A stretch of DNA of 57,336 nucleotides, filler included, from Porpidia crustulata (taxonomy: Eukaryota): the NCBI GenBank assembly GCA_964255105.1. It is 6 parts of 6 records of this genome, joined end to end, with 100 filler letters (N's around TTAATTAATTAA, not from the genome) between each part and the next. Parts side by side here need not be neighbours in the genome. Positions count along the whole stretch, not along the records: positions 9,589 to 19,072 come from CAXUWE010000941.1; positions 19,173 to 28,652 come from CAXUWE010000942.1; 4 more parts are not named here. The stretch is one strand, 5' to 3'. Below, piece by piece: positions 11,145-25,361 of this stretch. Position numbers and translations under genes: made by a program. Every line of letters begins with the position of its first letter. The stretch's first letter is position 1. The notes beneath the pieces are model-generated. The model did not search any database. It saw nothing but the letters and a program-made list of their open reading frames with translations, and was not told the DNA's origin.

Positions 11145-13721
11145 GGTTTGAACTGTTTCGAAAGAGATGGTTCTAAGAATTTTTAGAAGAAAATCCATTA
11201 GATCAAGCACCAACACTTGTGTACCATTCCTTAAAGTTGTCAATTGATTGAGATGAACACGCGATTCACGTTGGGTCATTGACGTTATTCAGCGAACTGC
11301 ATGTAGCAACACCACTGTTCCCTAATGAGCAGCAGTTTGAGTAGTAAGGAAAATGCAAACAGGACAGAAGAACCTCATCTCATCAACAATGATGTCAGTC
11401 AGCAAATGATGTGAAGTATTAAAGATCCCACTCCTGTCAGAGCTAGACCCCAGCAGTGCTCGGGCCCTTGTCTATGTACCCCGCAGTGGGAGTCGCAGAC
11501 CTCGTAAGGAAAAGGGTATCAAGCCAGTTGATTGCCGTGTGACTAACTTGACAAGTTTCCGCCCTATGGTTTTGCCGGAGATGAGGTCGACTTGGCTCCT
11601 TGGAAAAGAAAAAGCATTGCTAAAGTAGTATTCCGTTGGCCATGAGTTCTTGGCTGTCCATCGTGCCCTGATGTACCGGTTGAAGAAATGACAGGTCAGG
11701 GCCAAGCACGCCTTATTGAGGCTTTACTTCGCACGAAAGGAGGAATATACAATTTAGACTTCTACGGTACCGAAAGAGAACAGCTTACCTAGTAGTGAGT
11801 GGATCAAGCATGATGGTATAAATTGTGCCTATTAAAGCGGTCAGTCTCTTACATTCTCCATCTGGTCACATTGATACCATGGTCCTTGAAGAAGTTCAGC
11901 GTAGAGGACGAGATACTTCAGATGGATGTCTCGATGGGTAGGAGTGCTCACGGTAGGTGTGGATGAGAGGTGACAGACCTGCAGAGCCGCCGGTACTCCT
12001 TCGCTTACTTTCTGCAACATTAGGCCATTTTGGGCCTCGAAATTAATGTGATGTGCCACGCTTGCAGAAGCTTTGAAGAGTAGAGGCCACGAAGCACCGC
12101 ATCTATGTGAAAGTGTACACTGTATCAACAGGAATGCAATTCCTGCGGTCCTGCCCATGGCCCAGATAGGTACTGGCAACATGATTTTGCTTAGTCACAC
12201 GGCCAAGTCAGGCACCAAGATAATGCACAGATGACACTCTCGTCCCACGTCGCATCGATGCGCATGTTCCACTGCGAGAACGTTGGAACCTTATTCCTAC
12301 AATCAGTGACCTTGATCCTGGCCTCGAACAAGGACAAGATGCCATCGCCCCAGTCATCTCTACGATGAAGGGGACCACGAATTCAGCTTTGATTACTGTA
12401 TCATCCTTCCGCGAGATTTTCCTCGCGTTCGTGGCTGAAACGATAGAAACAATTGACTTGGCCGTGAGAGGTTACTCAGGAACCGCCCAGCTCACCAGGT
12501 TCTACCCCCTAAATCGCCTTGGACCACTAGCAGAGGCTGCAGCTTCCCGAGTCGTGGGATTTGCGTGTCCATTGACCCCCCTATGGCTTGAGCTTCCTGG
12601 TGCTACTGGTCAACTAGTCGCTGCCCGGAAGCCCTAGTTACGGATAGACTTTACCAACCAAGACTGGCCACGAAATTTCCATTTCCCCTCGTCCATGGCT
12701 TGAGGCTTTCTTGTTGGGCAGGCCTCTTCATTCGTGCGATGCGAGTTCTCCTTCTATTTTGGACTAAATATGGCAATGATTATTCTTCCGGCATTCCCTA
12801 CCGAGTCTACCGCAAGCCAACAACCCCTGGCCCAAACCATGAGTGTGAATCCTTTTTCTACTGAGCAAGGATCCGGGGATGGTTCATGCCTGACGCCGTA
12901 TCTCAGCCATGTCATCGCCAATCTTTGAACCATTGCCCGTCCAAATCACGCCCACCGATGTAGCGACTTGACACTTCAACGCTGTGAATTTCTCGGTGCG
13001 CATGTTGCAATCCTCATTCGTGAAGGAAAGCTTGGAATGGGTGCATTGTGATGGGACCAGGAACTAACTGTCAGGGTATGCCTTTCTTTCGTTTCCAAAG
13101 CCCTACAACCACTGCGCTTTTTCACAAATCTGGAGAGCATGGATAAAGATGTTTGAATATTTCCTTCATCTAGTGACGAAAACTTAACATTGCAGCTAAT
13201 ATTTCAATATAGAACTAGTCCTCGCGAGTTATTTTCCATCAATCAACTCTCCGAACTGAGGCGCGATTAAACAACGAAGGCCTCTGGACGCGTCAGGATT
13301 GAAGTGGATCCGTATGGAGTCCTCTGGATCTTGTCCCAAGGCAGTATCGCACGCTGTCAAAAGAGCAGTTGATAGGGAAGAATCTGGTCACAAACTGATA
13401 GCGCTGTATTGAAAAGCGAAGTTGGCGGGCTGTCTTGCAAAGGGATGACAAGGTGCAATTCGCTGTGGAATTCTAGCTTGTCGCAACCTCTTTTTTGCCT
13501 TCCAACCTACCGCCTCGACGCTGACCCAAGTCTACCGTAGCCCCAGCGAGTCGAGTAACACACGCTTGTTACTTTCTGCTGTCCCGCCTCACTCCTTACA
13601 ATTCTCCGGTGCGAACATTGGGGGACAACGTGCCTCACTGTGGCAGGACCCATCGGATTATTCAATCCACACTACTCAGGTCACGGACACAACCCTTTCA
13701 AAACCCAGATCGATTTTCGAG

Positions 13722-16700
13722 ATGGCGCTTGAGAATGGATATACATTTCGGTCTCCAGCTTTCCCGGCTCCTCCACAAGCCATCCCGCACCAGACTCCGT
13801 CCAGAGCACCGCCTCGTGAATCGTCGCGTAACGATTCTCCTTCACCTTATCCATCATCTTCTCCACCCATGCTCCCATCTGAAAGAAATCTGCATCATCA
13901 CCAGCAACATGGGAGTCTGGATGCTGGAAAGGATGAGCAAATTTCGGCTCTAGATCCTAGGAGGTTTACTCCAAATCTACACGCTTCTCTCGTCTCAGAG
14001 ATTCTATCATTGCGAAGAGAAGTTGAGAATAAGGAAGGTGTCGTAGTACATCTAGAGGATGACCTTCATAAGACGAAATCCGAGAATGGACGACTGAATG
14101 AAACCATAAGAGCTCAAGCGAAAGATACACGAGCGGCCAAGAAGCATGTGCAAGCCCTTGAGAGTGGGACAATATCGGCCCTTGGCGATTTGGCCAAGGA
14201 AAGAGACACTGCAGTCGACAATCTTACTGAGATCCGAAAACGCTTGGAAGCCTCGCAGAACAAGGTTCGTGGGCAAGAAGAAGAAGCCAAGAAGAGCCAT
14301 GCTCTTTGGGACCAGGATCGGCAAAATTGGGATAATGATAAGCGTAATTTGGAACGAAAAGTACATGTTGTCGAAGGACGGCTCAAAACGATGATCGCGG
14401 AGGTTGCAACGGTGCAGGCGAACGGACTATACATGCCTGGTACTTACAACAATAATCCTGATGACGCTTCCGATGTGCAAGAAATTCTGCGGTCTAGGTG
14501 GAGCGATACAATAAGCACGAGGGACACAATAAGCACGAGGACTAACAGCGTGATAACTCGCCCTCGTGGGATGAGCAGTAATACATACGATGGAATTGAA
14601 TCGCAAAGCATCGAGCCTTTGACATCCAATAGATTTAGTGGGTTTGGGGGGCCCAAAGTGAACGGACTCAGCTTGGCTGAGGAGCTGGAATTTGATGAAG
14701 AAGACGAGAACGATCTCGATAACGGCCTTGCCTCTCCCAATGCATTACCTGAGGAGGCCATGTTTCAGTCTCGTGTGTCCTTGGAATCCCAGTCGCGAGA
14801 TCAGAAGGCCAGGAAATTGCTAGGCCTTGTAGAAGGTAGTGACCTGTCGATTCTGGAAGAGGCTTCAAGAGGGCAACCATTGAGCGTACTAGAACAAGTT
14901 CTGGCTGCATCTGAAGACACAGAGTATAGAGATAATTCCACTCAATTCTCTCCGCCACCTTCTCCCAAAACCGAACCGCAGCAGACGGAGATCTTTACAG
15001 AGAAGATAATCGAGCAACCAGAGCACGCAGCCAATCAGAGACGGAAACGAGTGTCCGTTCCGATTGAGCAAACGAATCTGTCTAAATCTGCGGGACGAGT
15101 ACAGGTACCGATGGTCTCTGCGGCCTGCCAGACGGTGACAGAACCATCTAGCCCAGCTTTGGCGCCAATCATAGCCCTTGAAGCCTCGCCACCTGCATTG
15201 ACCCTCTATGAAAGACTAGCCAATATGACATCCTCGTCAACGCAAACAGATCATGAGGAATTGCCTTCTTTCCCACCTGCAGGTATCCGTGGAGGCCCTT
15301 CGTCTATGACTATACCAGTGATAGCCATTCACCCTCCTGGCTCGAGACCTCCATCATCGCACACTAGTGTTGTATTGCCGCCACGAACGAAGAACGTATC
15401 CTGTCAAGCATCGATTGAGTTGCCAAGAAGCACCGCATCAGCCTCGATACAAACTGAGACACAAACGGATGAGTTAATAGGCAGTTCATTTCCCCAGCCC
15501 ACTGCATCTGCAATTTCTTTGAGGCAAACATCAACATCACAGAGCAATCTAGGAGCCCGGCAACTACCGCTTATTCGAGCAGCACCAACTAGAATTACAC
15601 GCCGAAACCTTCAGCGTCCGCCTCCAGTAGAGCCACCGCGAGCAAGGCGAAGGCCACCGTCAGTCAAGACCAAGGACTCATATCCAAATGATAATGGTCT
15701 ATTGAGAAATGATCAACGAGGTGATTTAGGACGACCCGTCAGATCTGGTAGCTTGTTCGCTGCCTTTGATGCCCCAGATGAGGATGAACATGCCGAAATC
15801 GACTTTAGCGACGATGACTTCGCCAGTGGGAAGCCAATCAAGAAAACCTTGACGAAGGTGCAAGACTCGTGGAAACTGATACCCCAGTCCACAGATATAC
15901 TTCCAGGGAGGCTGGAATCCGCTCATCAGGATGCAGTGCGAGAAGCTGAACCAGCTTCAAGAACAGTCTCACCGGCTATGGAGTCAAATAGTACGAAGCC
16001 GGCTACAAAATTGAAGACTACGAAGAAACCTTCCATCCCCTCCATTGCTACTAAAGCAGACGATATCCGTCGGAACGCCCTCATTTCTAGCGGGACAGCA
16101 GCTCACATGCATCGAACAGGAAGCCCTATTGCGTCTGCTGCGGTATCTCAAGAAGCGACCACGGCCTTGCCACCATTTCCAGTACCTACCCGGTCAAGTT
16201 CCCGTAGGATTCCCATAAGTGCAAGCGACAGTGCCCGTAGCCCTACACCAAACTCTGCAAGCTATTTTAGCAGCCACAATACTCGAGTAGCCGTGAAACC
16301 TGCCAGCAACCCGCTCCGCAAGGTCCAGTCTGCTACTGCTGTATCTCGATTTACTCGAAATCATGGCCAACAGAGTCCCAGCCGATCGCCACCTCTGCCG
16401 TCTCCCTCCACGATTGGATTAAGCAGTCCACAGCTGCCTCGAATGCCTCGAGAGGATTTCACATCCCGTTACCCCAACGGGCCCCAGCCGGCGGGACGAC
16501 GATCAAACACTGCCTCGTCAATCTTTACTACAAGCGAAACACCTACGGATTTCCCGAATCAGCCCACCAGCGTAGTTGATGCTATTGCGCAGACCATGGT
16601 CGGTGAATGGATGTGGAAGTACGTTCGAAAACGAAAGTCTTTTGGAATTGCAGAGTCCCCACAGGCCGAATTCGAAGCTAGTCGGAATACAACTGAGATC

Positions 16701-17741
16701 ACGAGCAGCCATGGTCTCCGACACAAGCGATGGGTCTGGTTGGCTCCCTACGAAAGGGCCGTTCTGTGGAGCAACAAGCAGCCTACTACCGGTCACGCCT
16801 TGATGGGTAAGAGTGGGCGAAAGCGTAAGTGGAAACCTTCCGTGAAGTAAAGCATTGTCTAATGTTGTGTTCCAGTTCTTATTCAATCAGTACTCGACGT
16901 CAAGGATGATACGCCGATGCCCAAGAATTCAGGTCCTCAACCAGCCTTTGGCCGGTCCATCCTTGTACTCACGCCACAACGAGCGTTGAAGTTTACTGCG
17001 ACGACACAAGAGCGCCATTACATATGGCTGACAGCGCTCTCATTCTTAAGCCACTCTGCCTCGGGTATGGACGACATTATCATGTCAAGGCCATTACCAC
17101 AACAGGAATATCCTCCCCCAATCCCCACTGGTGGCGGTCTTCGTCGTACTCCGATCCGTGATTCCATTCGAGTTGCCAAAGGACGGCCTCGCCCTACTCT
17201 CAATGGGCGCTCATATTCTACTCCATTTGGTAATGTCCAGGGTCAAGCAATCCAAGAAAGCGGCTCTCCCACCTTGGATATCGACGAAGAATCAGATGCA
17301 GCAGAACCTCCCCAAATCCCCCGCATGGCTGTTCATAGCCGCAAGCGAAGCAACACCGGACCTCGCCCCGTGCTACCAAACGCCTTTCACAGCTTCCCGA
17401 CCCATATGGCTCAGGCTTCCACCCAAAGCCTCCGGGACGTGGTAACCCGGGATCCACACTCCATCCCGCACGCCGACACAGTTCCCGCAAGTGGAAAGGG
17501 AGTTGCGAATTACCCACCAATGGTCCGCAATAATTTCTTCGATGCGGTTGGGACCATCAGGATGGAGGCGTTTGTTGATGGTGAGCATAAAGGGCTGAAC
17601 GGGTATGCGCAGAAAAAGGAACGCAGGAGCTACCGCACAAGGCATGGGAGGAAGAAAGACATGAGTTACTGGGGCGTGGGGATGTCGGCGGGGAGCGAGA
17701 TAACGCAGCAGCGCGGGGATGATCCGTTCAAGGGGTTTTGA
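13722..17741 (+). CDS. Num1/ApsA/Mcp5-type cell-cortex protein: N-terminal coiled coil plus C-terminal PH domain, 2 exons
   Basis: Coiled-coil region and an Mcp5-type PH signature AIAQTMVGEWMWKYVRKR...RHKRWVWLAPYERAVLWS. Intron 16825-16875 (GTAAGT...CCAG) joins GRK to LLIQSVLDVKDD in frame. Confidence 0.82.
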
Positions 17742-19072
17742 GAATCGGTAAGCTTGTTCAAAAGTTGAGGGACGCTTGTACAAAATTGGGTTACGATTCG
17801 GAATTGCTGGAGCTTGGATGCATTGCACGGTGTGGAACTGGGGTCATATCTGTCTATATATGGGAGTGAAGAAATCTCTTGCTAGGCGCAAGTTATATAC
17901 CATTTCTATCCTGCTTAGCAGCACTTTTGGATTCTCGGATTAGATATATGTATACAAGGCGGGTTTGAGTATCGCCTTACGCATTAACCTACTCTGCCGC
18001 GTCCTGATCGATATGTCTGGGTGTTCATGGCCATAGGGGGCTAAGAGAAATAATCTCCCCTGCAAGATATATCTACCCATCGAGGCAGACAGACCGATCC
18101 GGATTACCCAAAGCACCAACTCCGGAATCCCCCCACAACCGCGCACCTGGTACCCTACCAGCCACCCAGCTTTCAGCAAGATTTCTTGGAAATTTTCGGA
18201 ACGAAATGATATTCCCCTTTTGTAAATTGCGAATCTTGCATGCCAGCTTACGCCAAACCTGTTTTTCGATCGGGCTACGTGAGGTTTGGGGAACGATGTT
18301 CAGGATGATGACAATGAGTGAGAATTGAGGTTCGTTGAACAGGAGGAGGGAGGGGAGGGGTACAGAGCGCGTTTTTGACTGGCTCTTGGTGTTGATAAAT
18401 ACCTATATCGACAGCGCGGTACCTACGGGGTGGGTTTCCCAAAGATCGAGCGATCAATACGCACGGACCAAGCAGGCATATCTATCTCCCCACCTACCTT
18501 ATCGCATACGCGCATGTTTCCCAAAAGAATCGGACATCATGCACGCACGCGGAAAAACGCATCCAATATACGCAGTCATCCCACAAAGCCTTCTGTCCTC
18601 TCAATCTGTTGGCCTCTCGCTTTCCTTCGGATAAGCTTTCCCACATCTCCACCGAGGAAGACAAGCGAAACAGCCCTGGAAAAGACAGATAAGCCCAGCT
18701 TTATCGTGGACCCCCGGTCTGTACCTCGTGTCGATCCCTATCGGGACACACCACGCGGCTGCACCCAAGACGCCCGTTTCGGGTCGGTTTTTCGGTGGTC
18801 AGCTAGCTTTCTGCCGCCGTGGTCGCTCAAATGGGCTCACTCTCGCCACAAATAGGGAGGGAGGTAGAGTATGGGGACTTTGATTCGGAGTGCGTTGATG
18901 ATAGGCAACGCAAAACGACGGAGCTCGTCCGGCCAGGTCCAGATAACCGTCGATCGCTTCGCCACATCTCTCACACCTCACAAGCTTGCCACGCAGGGAT
19001 TTTTCACTCACTCACCGCGCCCTGCACGACACAATCGTCCAGCGTTGAGGTTTGGGCGAATCGGTGGTTTTG

Positions 19073-19172
19073 NNNNNNNNNNNNNNNNNNNNNNNNNNNN
19101 NNNNNNNNNNNNNNNNTTAATTAATTAANNNNNNNNNNNNNNNNNNNNNNNNNNNNNNNNNNNNNNNNNNNN
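19073..19172. other. Artificial contig-joining spacer
   Basis: N run with central TTAATTAATTAA, 100 nt. Confidence 0.99.
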
Positions 19173-19246
19173 TTCATCCTTTAGAAAATCAATCTATCGG
19201 TTCCACCAAAGCCTTTTGTTCAACAAATTCCATTAAAGTTATGTAA

Positions 19247-19533
19247 TGTTACGATCGGACCTTCCCCAACATCCCCAACATCCCCAGCAGGCCTTCGGTA
19301 GGGCTAGCGCCCCTAGGGGGGCTGAGCATCAGGCCACCGGGTCAGGGTGGTTCTGAGCCTAATGGGGTTTAGCGCCCCCCTGGCATCGACAATTTCCCAC
19401 CACCCTAAATACCGCCCTCCACCCGGATTTCCTTCCTCAGCAATAATTTCCTCGTTGATACCCCTAGTTAGCTAATTCCATCAGCCTTTGGCATTATCTT
19501 TGGGGCTGGGCCACCTCATATGCACCCTTAACA
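19247..19533. mobile_element. Solo LTR (287 bp) of an LTR retrotransposon
   Basis: Starts TGTTA and ends TAACA (terminal inverted repeat, TG...CA). Flanked by a perfect 5-bp target-site duplication TGTAA (19242-19246 and 19534-19538). GC-richer than its flanks. Confidence 0.85.
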
Positions 19534-19770
19534 TGTAAAGTCCGGACGAAAAATGCAATGATATAATAGGTTCATTATGAATAAAAGCATTTTATTAATA
19601 TTATTAATTCTATACTTTAATCCTATGTTTAGGAACAAATCTATACCCAATCGAGCCCTTGAAAGTGTAATTGAAGGTTGCAAAACCCCTCGATTTCTCG
19701 TCTCCTTATCGAGGCGGGACAGTGTCCCTTTCATGTGAACCGGAGCGCTCCTCCTCGGTAATCAATAAGC

Positions 19771-21580
19771 CTAGACGCTCGACACCTTCTCTTCAGCCTT
19801 CTTGCTGCTAAAATCCGGAAGCTTCTTCAACGGGATTGCAAGGACGAGGAGAACAGCGAACGCCGAGCAGGCCAGGCCACAGGCGAAGACGTCCTTGATC
19901 CCCGTCATGTAAGCGCCGAGCACAGCGTTCAAATCGCCACCGCTGAAGACGTTATGGAGATCGGTTGCGCCAGTACCTAGGACTAGGGTTGGATTGAGTT
20001 GAGGGGCAGAGGCCTTGATTGCCTGCAGCATGCGGTTGGCGAAGATGGACTGGGCCACTACGATGAAATAGGCAGCACTGCCGGATTGAGCCGCTAGTCC
20101 TAGGGTCAGTGGAAACAGCACATTTGTGGTGGAGTTGAAGTCTTTATCAGATGATACTTACTGAACATGATCCCAGTGGAGGTTGCCACGTCTTCGGGCT
20201 TGGAAAGTCCCTGGACTGCCATCATTGGGATCTGATTACCGAAACCGACACCAAACCCTAGGAGAACCTCACTGCCCGCGTATCGAGCTTTCGATGAGTC
20301 AATGTCCAGGGTATATAACAGAGCCATACCAGCAGTCGTAAGGAGTGCACTGATCAGCTGGTAGGGTTGCAGGAAACGAGTCCTCTCGATGAGCGCACCA
20401 CTAGACACGGCTCCCACTCCAAAGAAGACCAAAAAGGGGATGCAGTTGACGCCGCTTATGATGGCGGACTGGCCGTGAATGGACTGGAAGTATATGGGAA
20501 GATAGAACAACGCCTGGTAGAAAGCGGCGTTTGAGCTTGACAAGGAGTCCCTGGTTAGCAATTAAAGACAGGTCGCCGAGTAGGTGCTTACATGAAGGAC
20601 CACAAGACATTGATCCATGTCAGACGCGGTTTCACTAGCCGTAAGGGAATCATGGCATGCGCGCCCTGGAAGCTCTCACCAACGACGAAGGCAATGTTGA
20701 AGAGAATCCAGAGGACTAAGGTGGCGATTACGGAGCCGTTGTTCCATGCCTTGGTCTGGCCACCCCACTGCAGGGCCAGGATGAAACATACGAGCGACAC
20801 AAGTACTAAGCTAAAACCCGGAAGGTCTAGTTGTAGTATGATCTCTTTCCACGTCGCGGGGGTGGGCTTGATATGTTTCGGCACTCGCAAGAAGAGTAAC
20901 AACAGGGCCACGATAGGACCACCGAGCGGGAGGTTGATGTAAAAACACCATCGCCAGGATACCCCACTGGTTAAGGCCCCGCCGACTATAGGCCCAAGAA
21001 TCATGGCTGTCATGAAGATGCTCGTCCAGATGCCGATGAGCATAGGATGACGTTGGGGATGGGATACGTAGTTGATCACGATGATGGAGCCGTTCATTGT
21101 ACCGGTAATGCCGAGTCCTTGAATGGCTCGACCAACGATCACGGCAATGCTATTCGGAGCCGTTGCAGCCACAATGCTCCCAATCAAGAATACTGCAATA
21201 GAGGCAAGGTAGGCATACTTGACGTTGAGATACTTGTAAATCTTGCCCCACATCGCCGAGGTGGCGGCGGTGACGAGGAAAGTGGCGCTTCCATACCATC
21301 CAACGTCGTCCAGGGTATGGAATTCGTCAGTGATGGCGGGAATGGCAGTGGCGATGACACCAATCTCGAGAGCGGTGAGGAGACCGCTCATGGAGATGGT
21401 AAACATGATGAGAAACAAGCGCAAGCCGGTCGCGTAATCGGGCTCAGGTACGGCTTCGACGCCATCTTCCTGCTTCACTGGAACACTTTCGCTTCCTGCC
21501 TCGAAGTGCTCGAAGTGCTCGATGTTGTTCGTTGAGGCTGTCGAATTGCGGGCTTCCACCTTCGCTCCCTGGACTTCCAT
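19771..21580 (-). CDS. MFS drug/toxin efflux transporter (DHA2, 14-TMS type), about 3 exons
   Basis: Motifs TAIPAITDEFHTLDDVGWYGSA, GRAIQGLG, SWRWCFYINLP and YLPIYFQ. ORF pieces 21580-20588, 20561-20106 and 20121-19771 separated by short introns. Confidence 0.92.
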
Positions 21581-22230
21581 CTCAGCGCTCTTACTGCTGT
21601 CCGAGTCTCAAGTCTTGGATGAAAACACTCTGGTTCTATGTCGCTGTATCTTGTCGCGCTGCTCAGAAGACGAGAATCCGTTGACTCAGGAGGGATTGAT
21701 TCTCAATAAGCTTACACGGCAGCACGTTTGAAAGCAAGGGGCTTTTGGAGATGACGAGGTTGATGTTATTTAGATGTGCCATTCAATCAGATTCAGATGC
21801 GTCATTCATTCAGATGAACAAGCAAGGTCAACGGAGGAAAGGTCCGGTATGTACACATTCGTCCGCCTCGTCCGGTGCTCAACCAAGCCTCTCTCAACAA
21901 CCATCTGGATCTGGTACTGTCGCAACTTCCCTCAATGATGTAGTCACGTAATACAGTCATTGCAGCAAAATGTAGTTCATGCAGCTCAAGGCCGAGGGTC
22001 GGTGGTCGGTGATACCAGTCAATAGACACCGATCGCCACTTCTTACTTACCAATCTGTCCAACGACTCACGTTGACTTTAGTCAACGTGGTCACCAAAGC
22101 GGCCACCGGCATCCGGAGGACCACCAGGACCAACACTTGGTCCGCCGTGACTATACCGCAGGGTGCTTACTGCATGAGGTAGTACTAATTACGCTCTCAT
22201 TCGCGCTTACGTCATCTCGCTCGGATCCCA

Positions 22231-22340
22231 CCTTCTTCCGCCGATCTTCGATTACGTAAGACCGCTTCTTCCGCCGGTCTTATTTAGACCGCCTTCCTCC
22301 GCCGGTCTTATTTAGACCGCCTTCCTCCGCCGGCCTTACT
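22231..22340. promoter_or_regulatory. 28-bp tandem repeat forming two CGG-N11-CCG (Gal4-type) Zn2Cys6 sites in the MFS/TF divergent promoter
   Basis: Units start at about 22258, 22285 and 22313, with a partial copy at 22231. CGGTCTTATTTAGACCG occurs at 22275-22291 and 22303-22319. Confidence 0.6.
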
Positions 22341-22400
22341 CTTGATTGACTCTACAATTCAAGTTGGCGATTCAGCCGGCTGCTATATTCTGCTCCAAGC

Positions 22401-24924
22401 ATGGATGCCATCATTGCCATGTCCATGTCTTCTTCCCCGCATCCGCATCCGCATGCGGTACCCTCACATGACGCCTATACCCAATCCGAGGCCAAGCGGA
22501 GAAGACTGCGAAAGGGCACCCACAGCTGCTGGGAATGCAAGCGGCGGAAGATGAAGTGCACCTTCGACGACTCGCTCACCAATTCCACCACCATCTGCAC
22601 CAGTTGCCGGCGACGTGGCTCTCAATGTGTCAGTCAGAAGTTCCCTGATGTCGCCCCCTTCTCCACGGACAATACCCTCACAACCCCACGACCCATCTTT
22701 GGGGGTGAGGGCGTTTTGAGGGGTGAATCTCAGCACGCTGGCCGTTACAGCACCCTCTCGAACGGAATCGCACCTTTGACGCCGCCTAGTGAAGATGGCA
22801 GAAGGGCGGACTATGGCATTTCCAGTCCCACTTCCGTGTCGATGTCTGCGGAGCCTTCACGGCATCGCACATTCTATACATCTTCCAAGGTTCGTATGCC
22901 AGATTCCCGCATGATGATGGTCACTGACACTGCTTCATCAGCATCCTACCGTTGAAGATGACATTCCTCAACTCGCTATCTATAAGCCAGCCGAACAAGG
23001 CAAAAATGAGAGGCTGTCACGTTTCTTGCATGGATATCTCCCCTCGCGAGAAGACACGGAGAAGATTTGCGCAGCCAGCCATCACCGCTCTGTCTTGGGA
23101 CACGAGATAATGACCATACCATACACCACCCTAGACGAGAATGGTCTGAAAACGCCCGAAAGTTTACTAGAGATCCCGGCACCAGATGTTCATCCAGTTC
23201 TGATATCGAAGCATATGCTTTTGCTCGCCTCCTTCCTCCAGAATCTTCACCCTGATCTTCATGAGGAGATCAAAGGCCTGTCGGAATCGCCGCGTGTCAT
23301 AATGGAATGGTTAGTAGATCTTGCCACAAGTCTCGTTACGACGAATGACGAATTCTTTGGCTACATCGAAGGCCTGGAGTGCGTTATGCTCGAGAGTGTG
23401 TATCAAGCGAACATCGGCAGTCTCCGACGAAGCTGGCTAGCGGGTCGGAGAGCTATGAATATTGCACAGCTGATGGGCATTAACCGGTCGGATCATCAGG
23501 CGCAGTACAAGGTGCTTGACACGAAGACGGAATATCATCCGCAGCTTATGTGGTTCCGAATCGTCTTTCTGGACCGCTACCTCTGTCTCATGCTGGGCCT
23601 TTCACAGGGCTGCCTCGACCGTAGCATGGCTTCCGACGCCATGCTAGCAAACGATACTCCCATGGGACGTCTCGAGCGAATCCACTGTGTTATCGCCTCT
23701 CAGATCCTGGAGCGTAACCAATCCAAGCCAAGCTCTCACGAACTCGCCCTGACGCGAACTCTCGACGTGGAGCTACAGAGAGCGGGCAGGAGCCTCCCTA
23801 GCAAGTGGTGGTTAGCACCGAACCTGGACCTTCCCTCGAACGACGCGCAAGCTCTGTTCTGGAGTACGCGGCGGCTCTTTGCGCAGGTGCTACATTACAA
23901 CCTTCTTAATCAACTTCATCTGCCTTATATGCTTCGCTCTTCGTTGGCCGAGCGCAGTCACGAGTACTCCCTAATAGCTTGCGTGAACGCCTCGCGGGAG
24001 GTGCTTTCGCGCTTCATCACACTACGCAGCTTTAATGGGATCGCCTACAGCTGTCGCACCGTCGATTTCCTCGCCCATATGGCTGCCATGACCTTGCTAT
24101 TAGCCCACCTAGACAGCCACCTGTCAGAGACGACAAACCTCCTAGCTCACCAGTATCACAGCGATCGCGCTATGATTGAGCAGGTACAAGAGAATATGAA
24201 AGAGATAAATCGTGTCAATTCAGATACACTCAGTGCTCAGAGCGCCAACTTGCTAGGCCGGCTGTTGGCTATCGACATTTACACGGCGGATGGTCATCCA
24301 GAACATGCCAGGAGGGTGAGCGTGCAGGAAGCAGGGAACGGGACGGCGCTACTGGATCCGGATCGCGATGCCATCGTGAGCGTACACATTCCCTACTTTG
24401 GCATTATCAAGATTGCCCGTGAGGGTATAAGCAAGGAGATTCCCAAACTACAAGCTCCTACTGCGACAACCCATCGGCCAGGCCAGTCACAGATAATGGA
24501 CAGGTCTTCCAGTACAACCAGGACAGAAAACCAGATACGTCCCTCCAGTCTCGCTGGATCTAGGGAAACTTCAAATGTTGAGGCCATGACACCAGTCGAG
24601 GCTAGCTACGGCCATGTCGAGGCACTTGCGATGACGTCAGATACCTATGCAAAGGTTCAGGGGCAATTGGGGACGTCTACGATGCCGGCTAATGGCGCGA
24701 ACGATATTGCTACACATTTCGCGCTACAGCCCGAAAACAGCTTATCCGATCCTCTATGGGAACACGGAGGGTACCCTGAATTAGCTGCAGGGGGAGAAGA
24801 TTGGGCGTTCCAGGGCATCGACTTAGCTTACTTTAACAGCTTGACAAGGGGCACCGAAAATGAGGGAAATGAGGGTGTCGAATGGACTACAGTGGCAGAA
24901 GCCAGCATTAATAACAGTCAGTGA
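22401..24924 (+). CDS. Zn(II)2Cys6 transcription factor, 2 exons
   Basis: RRRLRKGTHSCWECKRRKMKC...CTSCRRRGSQC zinc cluster. Intron 22890-22941 joins in frame to the 632-aa fungal TF middle-homology ORF. Confidence 0.92.
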
Positions 24925-25361
24925 AGGTTGTCCAGCGATATTTGTAGAGGTATGGCGATCTTGCTTTATGTAAGCATTTATGATTAGATGTGGCACACTG
25001 AAATAAGATAGCGACAAAGACACCGATCAAAAATGAGAGTATCACTACGCCTTGTTGCACTTGCGGGTCAACACGCTCATCTTTTTGCTGGTTACTAAGG
25101 TCATTGGAGAGATTATCCCTCGACCTTCGTTCGTCCCACTCGCAATGCATGGGGTGGCTCCTGGATATTTCTATATTCGCATCAGCTTGATCTAATAACA
25201 CAGAGTCGTTTTGGACCTCTGATACTCTAAAGGTGACTTTACTTGATATCACACTGGCAGCCGAGGATTTGGACAAGCACACTGTTTATATTCTCTAGGA
25301 TGCCTGGTCTTATTCTACTATATAATACATCCCTCCTCCCTTCAAGTCCCGTATAGACGCT

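Noticed and set aside
14505..14540. 18-nt tandem duplication (DTISTR x2) in the PH-domain gene
   Set aside because: In-frame slippage in a disordered region, which is common and uninformative.
22258..22340. 28-bp direct repeats as a CRISPR array
   Set aside because: No unique spacers, eukaryotic context and no cas genes.
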